Positions 1 to 11,615 of a DNA stretch of 64,000 nt are shown here, piece after piece (positions within the stretch are counted from its first letter, which is position 1; each line of letters starts with the position of its first letter). The position numbers and the translations under genes are program-made. The stretch comes from Sminthopsis crassicaudata (lineage: Eukaryota), in assembly GCF_048593235.1 (NCBI RefSeq), contig NC_133617.1:508132958-508196957 (forward strand). The letters are read 5' to 3'. The notes under the pieces are model-generated. The model was given only the letters and a program-made list of their open reading frames with translations, searched no databases and was not told the DNA's origin.

Positions 1-802
1 AGGTACTGTTTCTCTTTTTGTTTTTGCTTAGCACAGTGCCTGGCATATTGTCATTATCTGATTGGTTGAGAATATGGTCAATAATGGTATCACTGGGTCA
101 AAAAATATGCACAGTTTAGTGACATCTTTAGTGTAACAATGTTTTCCAAGGCAAATAAACTACTTAATAACTCCATCAGCAGTGTATTAATGTACCTATC
201 TATCTTCTGTAGTGTATGATTTTTCTTCCACTTTGATTCCAAAGTCCTTAGTAGAATTTCTATTCAGCTGCTTCATCTTATCTGGAGGTGACTTGGAGGT
301 CTGGAAAGTTATATCAATGGAATGACAAGTCTGCCAGACTGTTCACAGACCTAGTGATAGACTGTGTGTTGCTTGTGCAAGAACTAGCTCAGCTGAGTTC
401 AGAGAGGGTCAGGAGTTAAGAGCTATCCACCAGATTTGATACATTATTTTGGCCACAGAAGTCATAAATACCTTTTTAGGGAGGGAAGAGGGAGTGATGC
501 ACTAAATTTCTAGAAAGAAAACCAAGCCTAATAAAATCATAGATCCTTAAAACATTAAAGTAAGTATGTAAGAGTAAAGATCATAAGGGAGAGTCTAGTC
601 CATAGTCCCTAATATTCCAGTGTGCATCTAAAGTAAAAGACATGTTCTTTGTGTAGAATGAAGTAGAATCAGTTATTAGATAGCAGGTATATTTTGTTAT
701 ATAGCAGAAAGTCATTAAATATCTTACTTTAAGATCTTTTAATGATCTCCAAATTATTCCCTGAAACAAAAATCTATCTATTAAAGAGCAATATATTATC
801 TA

Positions 803-1050
803 GGCAGCTGTGTGGTACAATAGATAGAGTTCTGGACTCACAGTTAGAAGAACTTAAATGAATCCTGAGACACTTACTGGCTATGTGGCCTTAATCTTTC
901 TTGGTTTGTTTCCTCAGCTATGATATGGAGATGAAAATAATAGGATCTATCTCCTTGGGTAGTTGTAAGGTTCAATTGAGATAATATGTGTAAAGTGCTT
1001 TGTAAACATTAAAATACTATATAAATGCTAGCTGCTATTATTATTAGTTG
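803..1050 (+). mobile_element. MIR-family CORE-SINE
   Basis: tRNA-like head, core (gtttcctcagct..atggagat) and MIR tail (gagataatatgtgtaaagtgctttgtaaac..attattatt). Confidence 0.85.
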
Positions 1051-1077
1051 TAGAAATCATATTTTGAGACAAACAAT

Positions 1078-1468
1078 ACTTTATTTTTTATTTACAAAAC
1101 ATATGCATGGGTAATTTTTCAACATCGACGCTTGTAAAACCTTCTGTTCCAATTTTTCCCCTCCTTTCCCCCATCCCCTACCCTACATAACAGGTAGTCC
1201 AATACATGTTAAATATGTTAAATCCAATATACATATACATATTTATACAGTTATACATATAATATACATATACATATTTATACAGTTGTCTTGTTGCACA
1301 AGAAAAATCAGATCTAGAAAGAAAGAAAAAAAACCTGAGAAGGAAAACAAAAATGCAAGCAAACAATAGCAGAAAGAGGGGAAATGCTATGTTGTGGTCT
1401 ACACATTTCCCATAGTTCTCTCTCTAGGTGTAGCTGATTTTCTTCTTTACTGAACAATTGGAACTGGA
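1078..1468 (-). mobile_element. 5'-truncated marsupial L1 3' end
   Basis: T-rich tail, then caaaacatatgcatgggtaatttttcaacat..gttccaatttttcccctcc..caagaaaaatcagatctag, the reverse complement of the marsupial L1 3' UTR seen repeatedly in this window. Confidence 0.85.
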
Positions 1469-2282
1469 CAAAAAATACTTTAAATTGATTATCCAAGAGA
1501 AAATGAAGAATGTGGGCAAGCAACTAAAACATTACAAATAAGGAATTTATACTAGATAAGACATTGAAGGAGTTCACCAAAGAAATAAAATGAATGAAAA
1601 AGAAGATAGGTCAATAGACAACTTACATGTTCCATTAATATCCTTCTGATGTCAGTAACATGTTGGATCATCCCACTTTGGAATTTATAATTTGTGATTA
1701 TACATAAACTAGACTATTCCACTATGGTCCCTCACAGAGCTTACAAACTAATGGAAGAAGGTGATACACAAAAGATGCTGAAAAGTGGAAGAAAGGGGGC
1801 ATGATTTTTGTGGAATCCATATAAACTAGCACACCTATTGTAAAGTGAAGAGTTATCTGGAAACTTCTGATGCTTCTATAAAGAAGACACCCGGTTACCT
1901 GAATCCTTGGGGGAAATGTTTGTGTTCCGGAGAACATAGATCCATTTGAGTGATCATTTAGATAGCAAGAAGGGTACCATTTGAAAGTAAAATGAGGTTA
2001 AATGAGTAAAGAAGCCTGAATTTAGGGTAGGAAGGAAGGACTTCCTCTTTTGTCTTGTTATGTGTCCTTAATCAAGTCTTTCATTCCACTTTTCCTATTA
2101 CAAGTAATGTTTTTGATAGTGTTTTGATAGTGATCAGTTCCAACTTGGGTTCAAATCCTAATCCTCCTAGGTCTTCAGGTTCCTTCTCTGTCAAATGAAA
2201 GGAAGCTCTCTCTAAGAAATGCAGTTCTGCTTAAGTAACATGATCATCTTTTTCTTAGTATGCACCACAATTTTATATGCTT

Positions 2283-2430
2283 NNNNNNNNNNNNNNNNNN
2301 NNNNNNNNNNNNNNNNNNNNNNNNNNNNNNNNNNNNNNNNNNNNNNNNNNNNNNNNNNNNNNNNNNNNNNNNNNNNNNNNNNNNNNNNNNNNNNNNNNNN
2401 NNNNNNNNNNNNNNNNNNNNNNNNNNNNNN
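2283..2430. other. Assembly gap (148 N)
   Basis: Run of N. Confidence 1.
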
Positions 2431-2543
2431 TTGCCTGTCATCATTAGTAACTAGTAAGTATTACGTGTCTACAGCAGAATTTGAACTCAGATCCTTCTTA
2501 CTCCAGAGCCAGTGCTTTATGCATTGTGCCATCTAGTTGCTCC
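2431..2543 (-). mobile_element. CORE-SINE 5' part (MIR/MAR1-like), cut by the gap
   Basis: ctagtaagta..atttgaactcagatccttcttactccagagccagtgcttt..gtgccatctagttgctcc is the reverse complement of a SINE head. Confidence 0.8.
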
Positions 2544-3722
2544 TGAAAAGAATTTTTTCATAGATAATAAGAGACTACTTTAAAATTTCTTAAATTTCTA
2601 CAGCAATTAGATTTTTCAAAAGCCCAATGGGATAACCAAAGAAAAGGCTGATTCTCTGGAATCCATTTTCCTTCTTGCCTAAAATAGACTATTGTGTGCA
2701 AGTTTTGTGAGGATCACAGGAATTTGGCTCCTCATTCTCTACCCAATCCAAAACAAGTTTACTGGTTTGTATGACTACAAGTGTATATTCACTTAAAATA
2801 TATCATGGACCATGGCAGTTATTGTTTTGCCATCTTTGGCATGTCAGCTTAATTGACAGTATCATGAGTGTGCCAGTCTTTCTTGAGAGCAAGAATTAAA
2901 GCCTATAAGTCATATCTTAAGTTATGAAAACATATTGTCAAGGTGGACAAAACAGTTATGAACTAACATCATCACCAGTATATCTGGCAGTGTTAATAAA
3001 CCACAGAACTTTGGAATAGTCTCAAAGACTACATCGTTTCATTCTCATAGTTGGACATTTGAATGCCATAGCTGCCAAGGTTGCCAGGTGAATGTTAGAA
3101 CCAAAAGTTATTATATAATAAAGAGACTAGTTGTTGAGCCATATTCTTCTAGTCAGCCGGTCAATAAACATTTATTAAACATCTATTATGTGCTAAGTAT
3201 TGTGCTACAAAGTACCTATCATATGTCAGCCATGGAGATACAAAAGTGTGGATGGTACATGGAGAAGAAAATTCATCACTTAGGAGTCTGAATTCATACA
3301 TTTTTTAAATGCACTTCAGTTACTTTCAGAGAGTAGCTTTTACATTGTAAGATTCCATTGCTTTAATTAATAGCATTGATAATAATCCCTTTATAGATGC
3401 AAAGTACTTTATATTTACTTGTGGACTCTTGGGATTGTTCTGTTTATTCAATTTCAAGTATATAGAGGTTTACATTAGAGATTCCCTACTCTAGTTTACA
3501 TCCAAAGATAATAACCAATCTGAAAGTGCTTACCTTTTAGTAATATATTGTAGAATGAAAGCTTCTGGTTTAGATAGATATAATTTATTTTTAAAAAACA
3601 TTTTCTTAATCAGTACATTATTTACAAGAATAAAAATAAAAATAACAGGAAAAGAACAAATGTTTTAAAATATGGCCATTTTATTTTTAGAATATATGAA
3701 AAACAGTAATCAATCCATGTTG

Positions 3723-3762
3723 ATATATATATATACATATATATATATATGTGTATATATAT
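3723..3762. repeat. (TA)n microsatellite, interrupted
   Basis: Direct reading. Confidence 0.95.
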
Positions 3763-3985
3763 TTCACACTTGAAAGATACAGCATAGATTTTGGAAGTCA
3801 TTGGCTTTCAGCAAATTTTAAAAGTTTGAATGTGGAAAGATGTGCCATATCAATGCAGATATTTTTAATACATTTAGAAGACATTTATTAACCTGTTATA
3901 TGTAAAACACAATGCTAGATATTGGAACAGATATAGAGGTTAAATAAAAATTGTTAATTTCTGTCCTTTAATCCCCAGTGATTAT

Positions 3986-4220
3986 GTTGCTATTGTGCTA
4001 TTTCAGTTGTGTCCAAGCTTTGTGATCCCGTTTGGAGTTTTCTTGGCAAAGATGCTAGAGTGGTTTGCTGTAATTCATTTCCCAGATGAAAAAGCTGAAA
4101 TAAAACAGAGTGAAGTAATTTGCCCAGGATCACATAGCCAGTAAGTATCTGGGGTCAGATTTGAACTCAGTTCTTCCTGACTCAAGACTCCATGGTTATC
4201 TAATGTACCATCTAACTACC
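3986..4220 (-). mobile_element. MAR1-type marsupial SINE (CORE plus RTE-like tail)
   Basis: ttttcttggcaaagatgctagagtggtttg tail, core and head (atttgaactcag..gtaccatctaactacc). Confidence 0.85.
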
Positions 4221-5832
4221 TTCTTTATCATATTCAATAAATAATATTTATTGTATTGAACTGATGAAAGCCAGTCTTTGCCTTTGTTAGCTAACAATAT
4301 GGAATGGAGGGTTGGGAGAGAGAAGGGAGAAAGAGAGATTATAACCACAAATAATAATAATATAAAATTATGTGTGAAAAGTTGGACAAATGAGGAGATA
4401 GCACTATGTGAACTCTAAGCAGGTAAACACTTACTTAGAGAGATCAGGTGATGTTTGGGTTGAACTTTAAAGGATAGGTAGAAGAAGAGAGACAAATAGG
4501 TTTATATGAATTGGCACAAGCTTTATTCTGAGAAACAATTTATATTATTCTGGAAAAACATCTGATATTGGAAATTTGTGGAATGAATGAATGGCTTTGT
4601 AATGTACTCAGCAACATTAGTTCCATCTTTTTCAAGCTGATATAATGTCAAAGATGCTTGAACAGTGATGAGGATGGGAAATATTGGTAACATTTGAGTA
4701 AACTAATAGATTTAAAATATCTCTTTTTGTGTACCACAAAAATAAGCATACACCAATGTTGGTCATTTAAATTAACACTATTACTAATAAAATACTTATA
4801 ATACTGATAAAATATTAATAAATACTAATAAATAATTTATGCCAACAAACAAGCATACACCAATATGTTTAGAATTTAAAAAAGGCAATATGGATAAGAT
4901 AGAAATTAGACAGCAGGCATTAAATAAAATAATCATTTAATATTTCCCATTTCTGTTCTCCCTTTATTTAATGTTTTGGGTTTCTTTGTTTTGTTTTAGA
5001 AATTTAAAGAAACTCATTATAGTTTTTACTGAGCAGAAGCTTAAATTTTATAGTAGATGGCGACAAACAATAAAAGGAGGAAAATCTGTAAATAAATGGA
5101 AATGCAAAAAAAAAAAGATTGCAGAAGTATCAATAAATAAAATTGAAACAAGTGCAAATTTCTTGGTGACTAATGAAAATTCTTGCAAAGTTTATTCCTT
5201 TCGTTAATGGGAGGAGTTATATAAAGGATCTATGCAATTAGTGTGGATAACTTTGTGGTCAGTCATCTGTTATCTACAGAAAAATAGCTTCTAGTAATTA
5301 CCTTGATATGCTACTGTGGTAGCCAAGTAGTCCAAAGGACATCCACAAAGTGTGGAAATACAAAGGATGTGGTTTAATAATAGTTTTTTGTTTATAAAGG
5401 AGGGGCAGAGTCTTGCTGTTTGTTGATCTTTCCAGTTGGCCTCACTTTGTGGACAGGGAAGTATTTTCTAGTTGTTTATCTTTATATACCTAAAAATGTC
5501 AAAAGTGTGTCAACCAACTATTAAATTAGACCTTGACCTGTGGTATCTCTGAGAATTTAACGCTTATCTAATATACCAGAGCCATGCAGGTTACTAGAAA
5601 TTGGGCAAAATTCTAGAAACAATAAGAAGGATTTAAGTTATTTTGGATTATGTTCTTGTTTGGAAATGTTTGAAAATATTTGCCCAAATAAAGATTCTAT
5701 CCTTGGTTTAGAGATCATGTTTGTTACTGAAATGGTTTCCCATGTAATAAAAAAAATATTATTTAGAAAGTATAGCCATATCAGAAAAAATTATCATTGC
5801 TCATAACAACTATATAAAATAGCTGAAAGAGA

Positions 5833-5935
5833 CTCCAGTCTTTATTTTACAGATATGAAAACTGAGGCCTAGAGATTAATTGATTTACTCAAGCCTTCTA
5901 ATTCCAAGTTGATTACTCTTTCTATTGTATTTTAT
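5833..5935 (-). mobile_element. MIR core fragment
   Basis: attttacagatatgaaaactgaggcctagag. Confidence 0.7.
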
Positions 5936-6522
5936 AGTTTAGGACTATGGCCTAACTTAATCTAATAAGGAATGGGGAATTTCCATTGAAATGCAAAATA
6001 TTTTAGTTCATGATCCTAAATACAAGATATACTTCAGATGACTGACTTCTGATGTAATATTATATGAGTATTATCAATTACTTGTGACAGCAAAAAAAAA
6101 AGGGATGACTGAAGAGGATAGGGTCATTTAGGCTGCAGAAAACACAGGTGTCCCTGCTTAGGAAAAGGTCTTCTGCCCCAGTTGCAATTTCTCAGAACAG
6201 TGTTGACCTTTTTAAGCTCCAAAGTCGAAAAGAAGAAGGCAGTTTTATAACTGCCAAATCATCACTTGTCAGTTATAAAAATTGCATTCTCCTTTTAGAC
6301 TTTGGTTTAAAGCCCTCAAGTGGAATTAAACCTAATTAAGTTATTTGTGTGTTTAAGGGAGACCTTGTCTACTGGGAAATGTAAACTAAAGGGAGATTGA
6401 ATTGTCCTTATACTCTGACTCAGACTCCTTGCAAGAGATTGGATCAAAAGGGAGTGGAGTGAAAGAATGGCTCAAAGACTTCAAGGTTAATTGATTTTTT
6501 TCCCCCTGAAGTGATTAACTTT

Positions 6523-6730
6523 AGCAATCTGGTATAGTGGCTAGATCACTGAACTCAGTCTGCAAGACCTGAGTTCCAATCCAACTGGGCAAATCATTAA
6601 CCTAGTTCAATCTCAGTTTCCTTATCTATAAAATGGGAATGATGGGAGCAGATACATCACAGTACTGTGAGGATAAAATGAGATACTAATTATGTAAAAC
6701 ATTTTTGCAATCTTAGAATGCTATGCAAAA
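6523..6730 (+). mobile_element. MIR-family SINE
   Basis: Head (agacctgagttccaatcc), core (ctcagtttccttatctataaaatggg) and tail (gtgaggataaaatgagata). Confidence 0.85.
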
Positions 6731-6784
6731 CTGACAGTGAAGTAGCATCAATAAAAGGAGCAAAACAATGAGATAACATCAATC

Positions 6785-6900
6785 ATAGAACAAATTGAAA
6801 GTGCCTACTATGTGCTAGACACTGTAGTAGGTCCTAGGAATACAAGTATAAGTATAAAGAATGAAACAATCCCTACTTGCAATGAGCTCACATCAGTATG
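6785..6900 (-). mobile_element. L2 3'-end fragment
   Basis: gtgcctactatgtgctagacactgtagtaggtcct..tccctacttgcaatgagctcaca. Confidence 0.75.
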
Positions 6901-8043
6901 TGAAAACAAAAGAAAATGCCAAAAAAAAAAAAAAAAAGGATTAGAACTCATTCTTATGCTAGCACAATATTTTCTTTCCAGTGTCCAGACTATTCTCTAG
7001 AATTAAAATGGAGTCTTTAAGCAGAATCTTTTACTTATTCAGAACAGGAGGATACCATAAGGTATTGTCACACACTCTCTCATATCATCAAAGACCTTCC
7101 TGGTATATTTTAAGAAAGAGCTGAGAAAGGGTGGGAATTGTTCAATAGGAGAATTAAAAAAGAATGGGAGATGTGGATAAGTTGACTCCAGTGGGGAAAA
7201 GTCCTTATTTTGGAGTCCTTTGAAAGAACCTCTAGAGACTAGATGATCAGTAAAGTTGTGATTTGTTTCTATTCTCTAAAGATATCTGCTTGACTTATCA
7301 TATTATCCCATTCCCTTTTATTTCCCTTGTCTGCTCAGACTCATATCACCATGAGAAAGGAGAATTCTGCTACATAATCTAAGACAAATACTCCTGTTAG
7401 ATCAAGACTGTAATTCAAATTGTTAACTTTTAGAGAAGATAATGTTAAACATAGTCTTTTTTTAAACATTGGTCAGTTTTTGCTCCTGTGTGAATTCAAA
7501 GCACAGTTGTTGGCACTGTTTCAAAAAGGTACCAACTCAAAAAAGAAAGACTTTTCTGTTTTATTGATAGCTTCTTTTTGTCCAGGTTGTCAAGGTTTCA
7601 TAAGTATGAATAATGAATAGAATAACATTTCGATAAGAAAAAACTATTGACTTCAGAATGAGCTAAAATGAGAATACAATTAAAGATAGAGATAATTCTT
7701 CACTTGTGAGTAATCCCTCAAGAGGGAGGGAAGAGAGCAAAGGATAAGAACCGGAACAAGCAACTTTCTTGTACTGGGTCATCTCATATACATGCTCCAA
7801 AAGCGGTTCACTGCACTCAATATCCTTGAAGACTCAAGACCGCAAGAGCTTTTCCATACATTAAAAAGGAATGAATTTGAGTAAGAATTATTCAACCATG
7901 AACAAAATAGAAAAGATGGACTCTTAATGGTTTAATGGTGCCCTGACTGCAATAAAAGCTTAGTCAAACCTGTCATGCCTCCCATTATCTTTGAAAGAAA
8001 AAAAATTGGCATTTTCTTCAAAGGAAGATAGAAACTGGGCACA

Positions 8044-8053
8044 GTGTGTGTAG

Positions 8054-8108
<55 letters not shown>

Positions 8109-8120
8109 TACATATATACA
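8044..8120. repeat. Compound (TG)n/(TA)n/(CA)n microsatellite
   Basis: Direct reading. Confidence 0.95.
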
Positions 8121-8239
8121 TGTATTCTAATATTCAGTTTTATAACATACTACCCCGGTCTGTGTGAGTATTCAAATAACATATATTGAAATAAACTTTC
8201 ATTAGCAGTAGTTCAGTACAGACAATGGAAAGTATTTAT

Positions 8240-8420
8240 AATAGTATTTTATTTTTCCAAATACATTTAAAGAACATTTTCAACATTCACCTTCACAAAA
8301 CCTTGTGTTCCAAATTTTTCTCCCTCTCTCCTTGCCCCTTCTCCCCAACCCAAGAGAGCAAGCAATCTGATATAGGTTAAACATGTACAATTCTGCTAAA
8401 TATATTTTATTATTTTTTTA
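8240..8420 (-). mobile_element. 5'-truncated marsupial L1 3' end
   Basis: ttttcaacattcaccttcacaaaaccttgtgttccaaatttttctccctc. Confidence 0.85.
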
Positions 8421-8495
8421 AAGAATTTTTTGTATTTTAAAGAAATCTTTAGGAAGACAAATGTTAGGACCAACCAAAAAACAAAAGAAAAAATT

Positions 8496-8588
8496 GGGCC
8501 AGCTAGATGGCACAGTGGATAGAGCACCAGCACTGGAGTCAGGAGAACCTGAGTTCAAATTTGATCTCAGACACTTAACACTTGCTAC
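8496..8588 (+). mobile_element. WSINE1-type SINE, 5' half
   Basis: gggccagctagatggcacagtggatagagcacc..acctgagttcaaatttgatctcagacacttaacacttgctac, with Pol III A- and B-box-like motifs. Confidence 0.88.
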
Positions 8589-9183
8589 TGATATGGTTTG
8601 AGGACCAAAGATGTAGTTCATATAGATACTAGATTATGGTAGGCACCAAAATGTGGGGTTTGGTTATGTGAAGAATTCACAATGGCCATTCTCGTTAGTA
8701 AAAGGTAAATTTACTTAGGAGTAGAGATTATAGACAAAATGAAGGGATACAGTGAACACCTGGGATGGTAAATATGAAAAAAATGGATGTAGCATCCTGA
8801 AAGAGTTAGTTAGCTATAAGAAGAAGAAGTGGGGTTGGGAAGCATAATGGAGTTAGGAGAGATACCATATGGAATGGAGAAGGAGAGGTAAGGAGAAGAC
8901 ATCACAAGGCAGAGTGCCATGGTGGACTAACCCAAAGAAAGGTAGCAGCCATGGGATGTCTCATAAGTAGATTTTGTAGGGAAAATTTTACCTCAGGGAA
9001 AAGACTGGGATTTCTCACAGGATATGATAAGGTGAGACTGCTGGAGACCTCTACAGAGGGTAGGTCTCAGGGGTTTTAACTTGGATGAGTTCCCCAGAGG
9101 GTGGGACCATGGAGTTAAACTGATCTCTATCACTACCTTCTCCCTATTTCTCTCAGTCCAAAACATCTTTTAGGACTTTATCC
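8589..9183 (-). mobile_element. Solo ERV LTR inserted into the WSINE1
   Basis: About 595 bp splitting the SINE. One end is TG (tgatatgg), the other is ..ggactttatcc (a degraded CA). Flanks ctac/ctag resemble a 4-bp TSD. A poly(A)-signal-like AGTAAA and U5-like sequence lie on the minus strand near 8.7 kb. Confidence 0.72.
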
Positions 9184-9252
9184 CTAGCTGTGTGACTCTA
9201 GGCAAGTCACTTAGCTCTAATTGCCTCACCAAAAACAAATAAAAACAAAAAA
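9184..9252 (+). mobile_element. WSINE1-type SINE, 3' half with A-rich tail
   Basis: ctagctgtgtgactctaggcaagtcacttagctctaattgcctcaccaaaaac.. continues where the 5' half stops. Confidence 0.88.
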
Positions 9253-9403
9253 GATGACAATTGTTGGGTAAATAAATCAGAAAAGGAGTTGGCAGGATAA
9301 AAGAAGTAGCTGGTACTTATCAGTCCAAAGGAATCCATAAGGAATACAAAAATTAGGTCACAGAAGAAATAGCTATTTGCTTTATTTATTCGCACTTTTC
9401 TAT

Positions 9404-9505
9404 ATGACCTTATATAAGTCATTTCACTTACTTTTGTTTCCTCATCTGTACAATGAAAGGGTAGGATGCCTAAGATGCCATCCAGCTCTAACATTCTATT
9501 CTAGT
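9404..9505 (+). mobile_element. MIR core/tail fragment (L3-type tail)
   Basis: gtttcctcatctgtacaatgaaagg..catccagctctaacattcta. Confidence 0.7.
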
Positions 9506-9704
9506 CTAACATACTCCATTTTGGCTATGATTTCATGTACTTTCCAAAAGTAGAAAAAGATATTTAGAGTGAGATGAAGAAAGTATTTATTAACATTACT
9601 CTATGTATTTTTAAAGTTGTAATCATATATGTTAAGGTAGATTTAACTCCTTGAATAGGAGTTTTCCCTCTTACCTACCTATCTACATACATACCTACAC
9701 AGAT

Positions 9705-9855
9705 CAGGGCTTTTTAAACTTTTTCCACTCAAGACTCCTTTCCATCTGAGGAATTTTTACAAGACCTTGGAGGTATAGCATATAAACAGACATATAAATC
9801 AAACATTTACTGATAATAAATCATAATTTAATGACCCCCCACATTCAGGGTCGCA
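9705..9855. mobile_element. Fragment of a non-autonomous hAT/Charlie-like DNA transposon
   Basis: Begins with a CAGGGC..AAACT-type terminus (cagggctttttaaactttttccactc); internal caaacatttactgataataaatcataat resembles a recalled marsupial Charlie-like element. Confidence 0.55.
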
Positions 9856-11339
9856 TTTTTTTTTTGGCCATAGCTCATACATTTTTTGAAAACAAAAACT
9901 GCTTTTCATTTTGTCTGTTATCTTTAGCTTCTTCAGAAATGTGTTGCACATAATGAATGCTAAATAAATTATAGTTATATTTGGATGTGGCCATAGGGCA
10001 ATTGGTATTTGCTGAAATTATAGGAAGAGAATAGAGATTAGTTAAATAACCCAAAATAATGCAGTAAAGTAAGGGCAAAGTTAAAACTAGCCTCCATTCT
10101 TCACTCACCACTGCAATTCAACTACTGACACTGCCTATATCAGCTTGAATAGAATTTAAAATGATGTTTAGCCCCATGAAATTAGTCTTAATCCTCCTCA
10201 CATTTATATCCAACTCCTAGCAGAAATCACAACAAATTTTCTATATATTAGTAGCTTCCCTAGAAACTCATACTTATCCAGAAATCTAATCTAATGATGT
10301 CTAATTTCTACTAGATTTGGCTTGATTTCTTTTGTATCCTGAATTTTAAATTGATATAAACCTAATAAAATTAGAAGGAATATGTCTGGGGAGCAAAAGA
10401 AATAAAAATTAATATTTTGTACAAATTATCCAGTCTGCAAAATGGAGGGAGTTGGCAACTGAGTAGAAAGACCTTTCTGACAAGACTATTTAAGATATGC
10501 TTGTAAGGAAAACAACAAAAAGCAACAGAGCCATACACAGTAGAATGAATTTTTTAAAAAATAAGTTCTAGTTGTTCTTTGGTAGGGACTTTGTTACTAA
10601 AAGAAATGCTGGCAGATCTTTGACTTGTACTAGCATCAAAGTGGCAAAGTCAGCCAAGGTTAGTGGATCTCTGTGTGTTTTTCTTGTATTCATGTAGCAC
10701 ATGATTTAGTCTGCAAATGACAGCATTTCTTACATCTAAAAATGGCAGTCATAGTTCCAAAAATCCAATGTGCATATCCAATAGTTTCCTATAATAAGGA
10801 ATAGAAGATGATTTGCACAATTTCTACAATTTAAAAGAAAAGGCAATTTAATGTTTACAAGATGCAGTTCTTTAAGCTTTGTCCTAGTTAGGGAAAATCC
10901 AAAAAAAATTTTGGTGGACTTTCAATCTAATCACTGGGAACAGATGCGGATGGGCCTTTTTAATGCCCACATTCACCTTTTACAAACACTATTTTGCGAG
11001 TTTGGGAGAGAAGGTTTTGACTGTAATCACAGGAGGGAAAGGGTAGTACAAAAACGTGTGACATGAAATAAATTCTAAAATGAGCCATGTTTCACTGTAT
11101 GAAAATCTTAATCTAGACAAATTAGCCATCTTGCAGAATTTAGATGCTTATTCATCTGTGGTTGGTTGGTTGATGACAGCACTATATCAAAGTTAAGATA
11201 CAAGTAACAAGGTACAACTTCTTATAAGGAAGGGCAAAGACAAATTCTATCTGTCTGGACTCACTTGATACTTCCCAACTGTTTAAGCAATTCCTACCCT
11301 GAATTTCATTACTTAACATTTTCCTTGTTTTTGTTCTGC

Positions 11340-11440
11340 ATATATTTGTATGTGTATTTGTTATGTTTCCCATTAAAGTGTAAATTCCTTGGAAGTAAGG
11401 ATTATTCATTGTATTTATATACCTGGGATCTAATATTGCG
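11340..11440 (+). mobile_element. L2 3'-end fragment
   Basis: cccattaaagtgtaaattccttggaagtaaggattattcatt. Confidence 0.65.
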
Positions 11441-11479
11441 CTTAACTTATTCTTTTTTCTTCTTTTTTTTTTTTTGAAG

Positions 11480-11615
11480 TTTTTTTTTTAATTTTAAAAT
11501 ATATACAAAGATAGTTTTCAACATTCACCCTTAAAAGCTTCGTGTTCCAAATTTTTCTCCTTTCCCCACCACTTTCTCCCCTAAATAGCAAGTAATACAG
11601 TATATGTTAAGCATG
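11480..11615 (-). mobile_element. Short marsupial L1 3' end
   Basis: gatagttttcaacattcacccttaaaagcttcgtgttccaaatttttctcc. Confidence 0.82.

Noticed and set aside
8496-8570. tRNA-like A/B boxes here and in other SINE heads
   Set aside because: SINE heads followed by CORE sequence; no cloverleaf or acceptor stem, so not tRNA genes.
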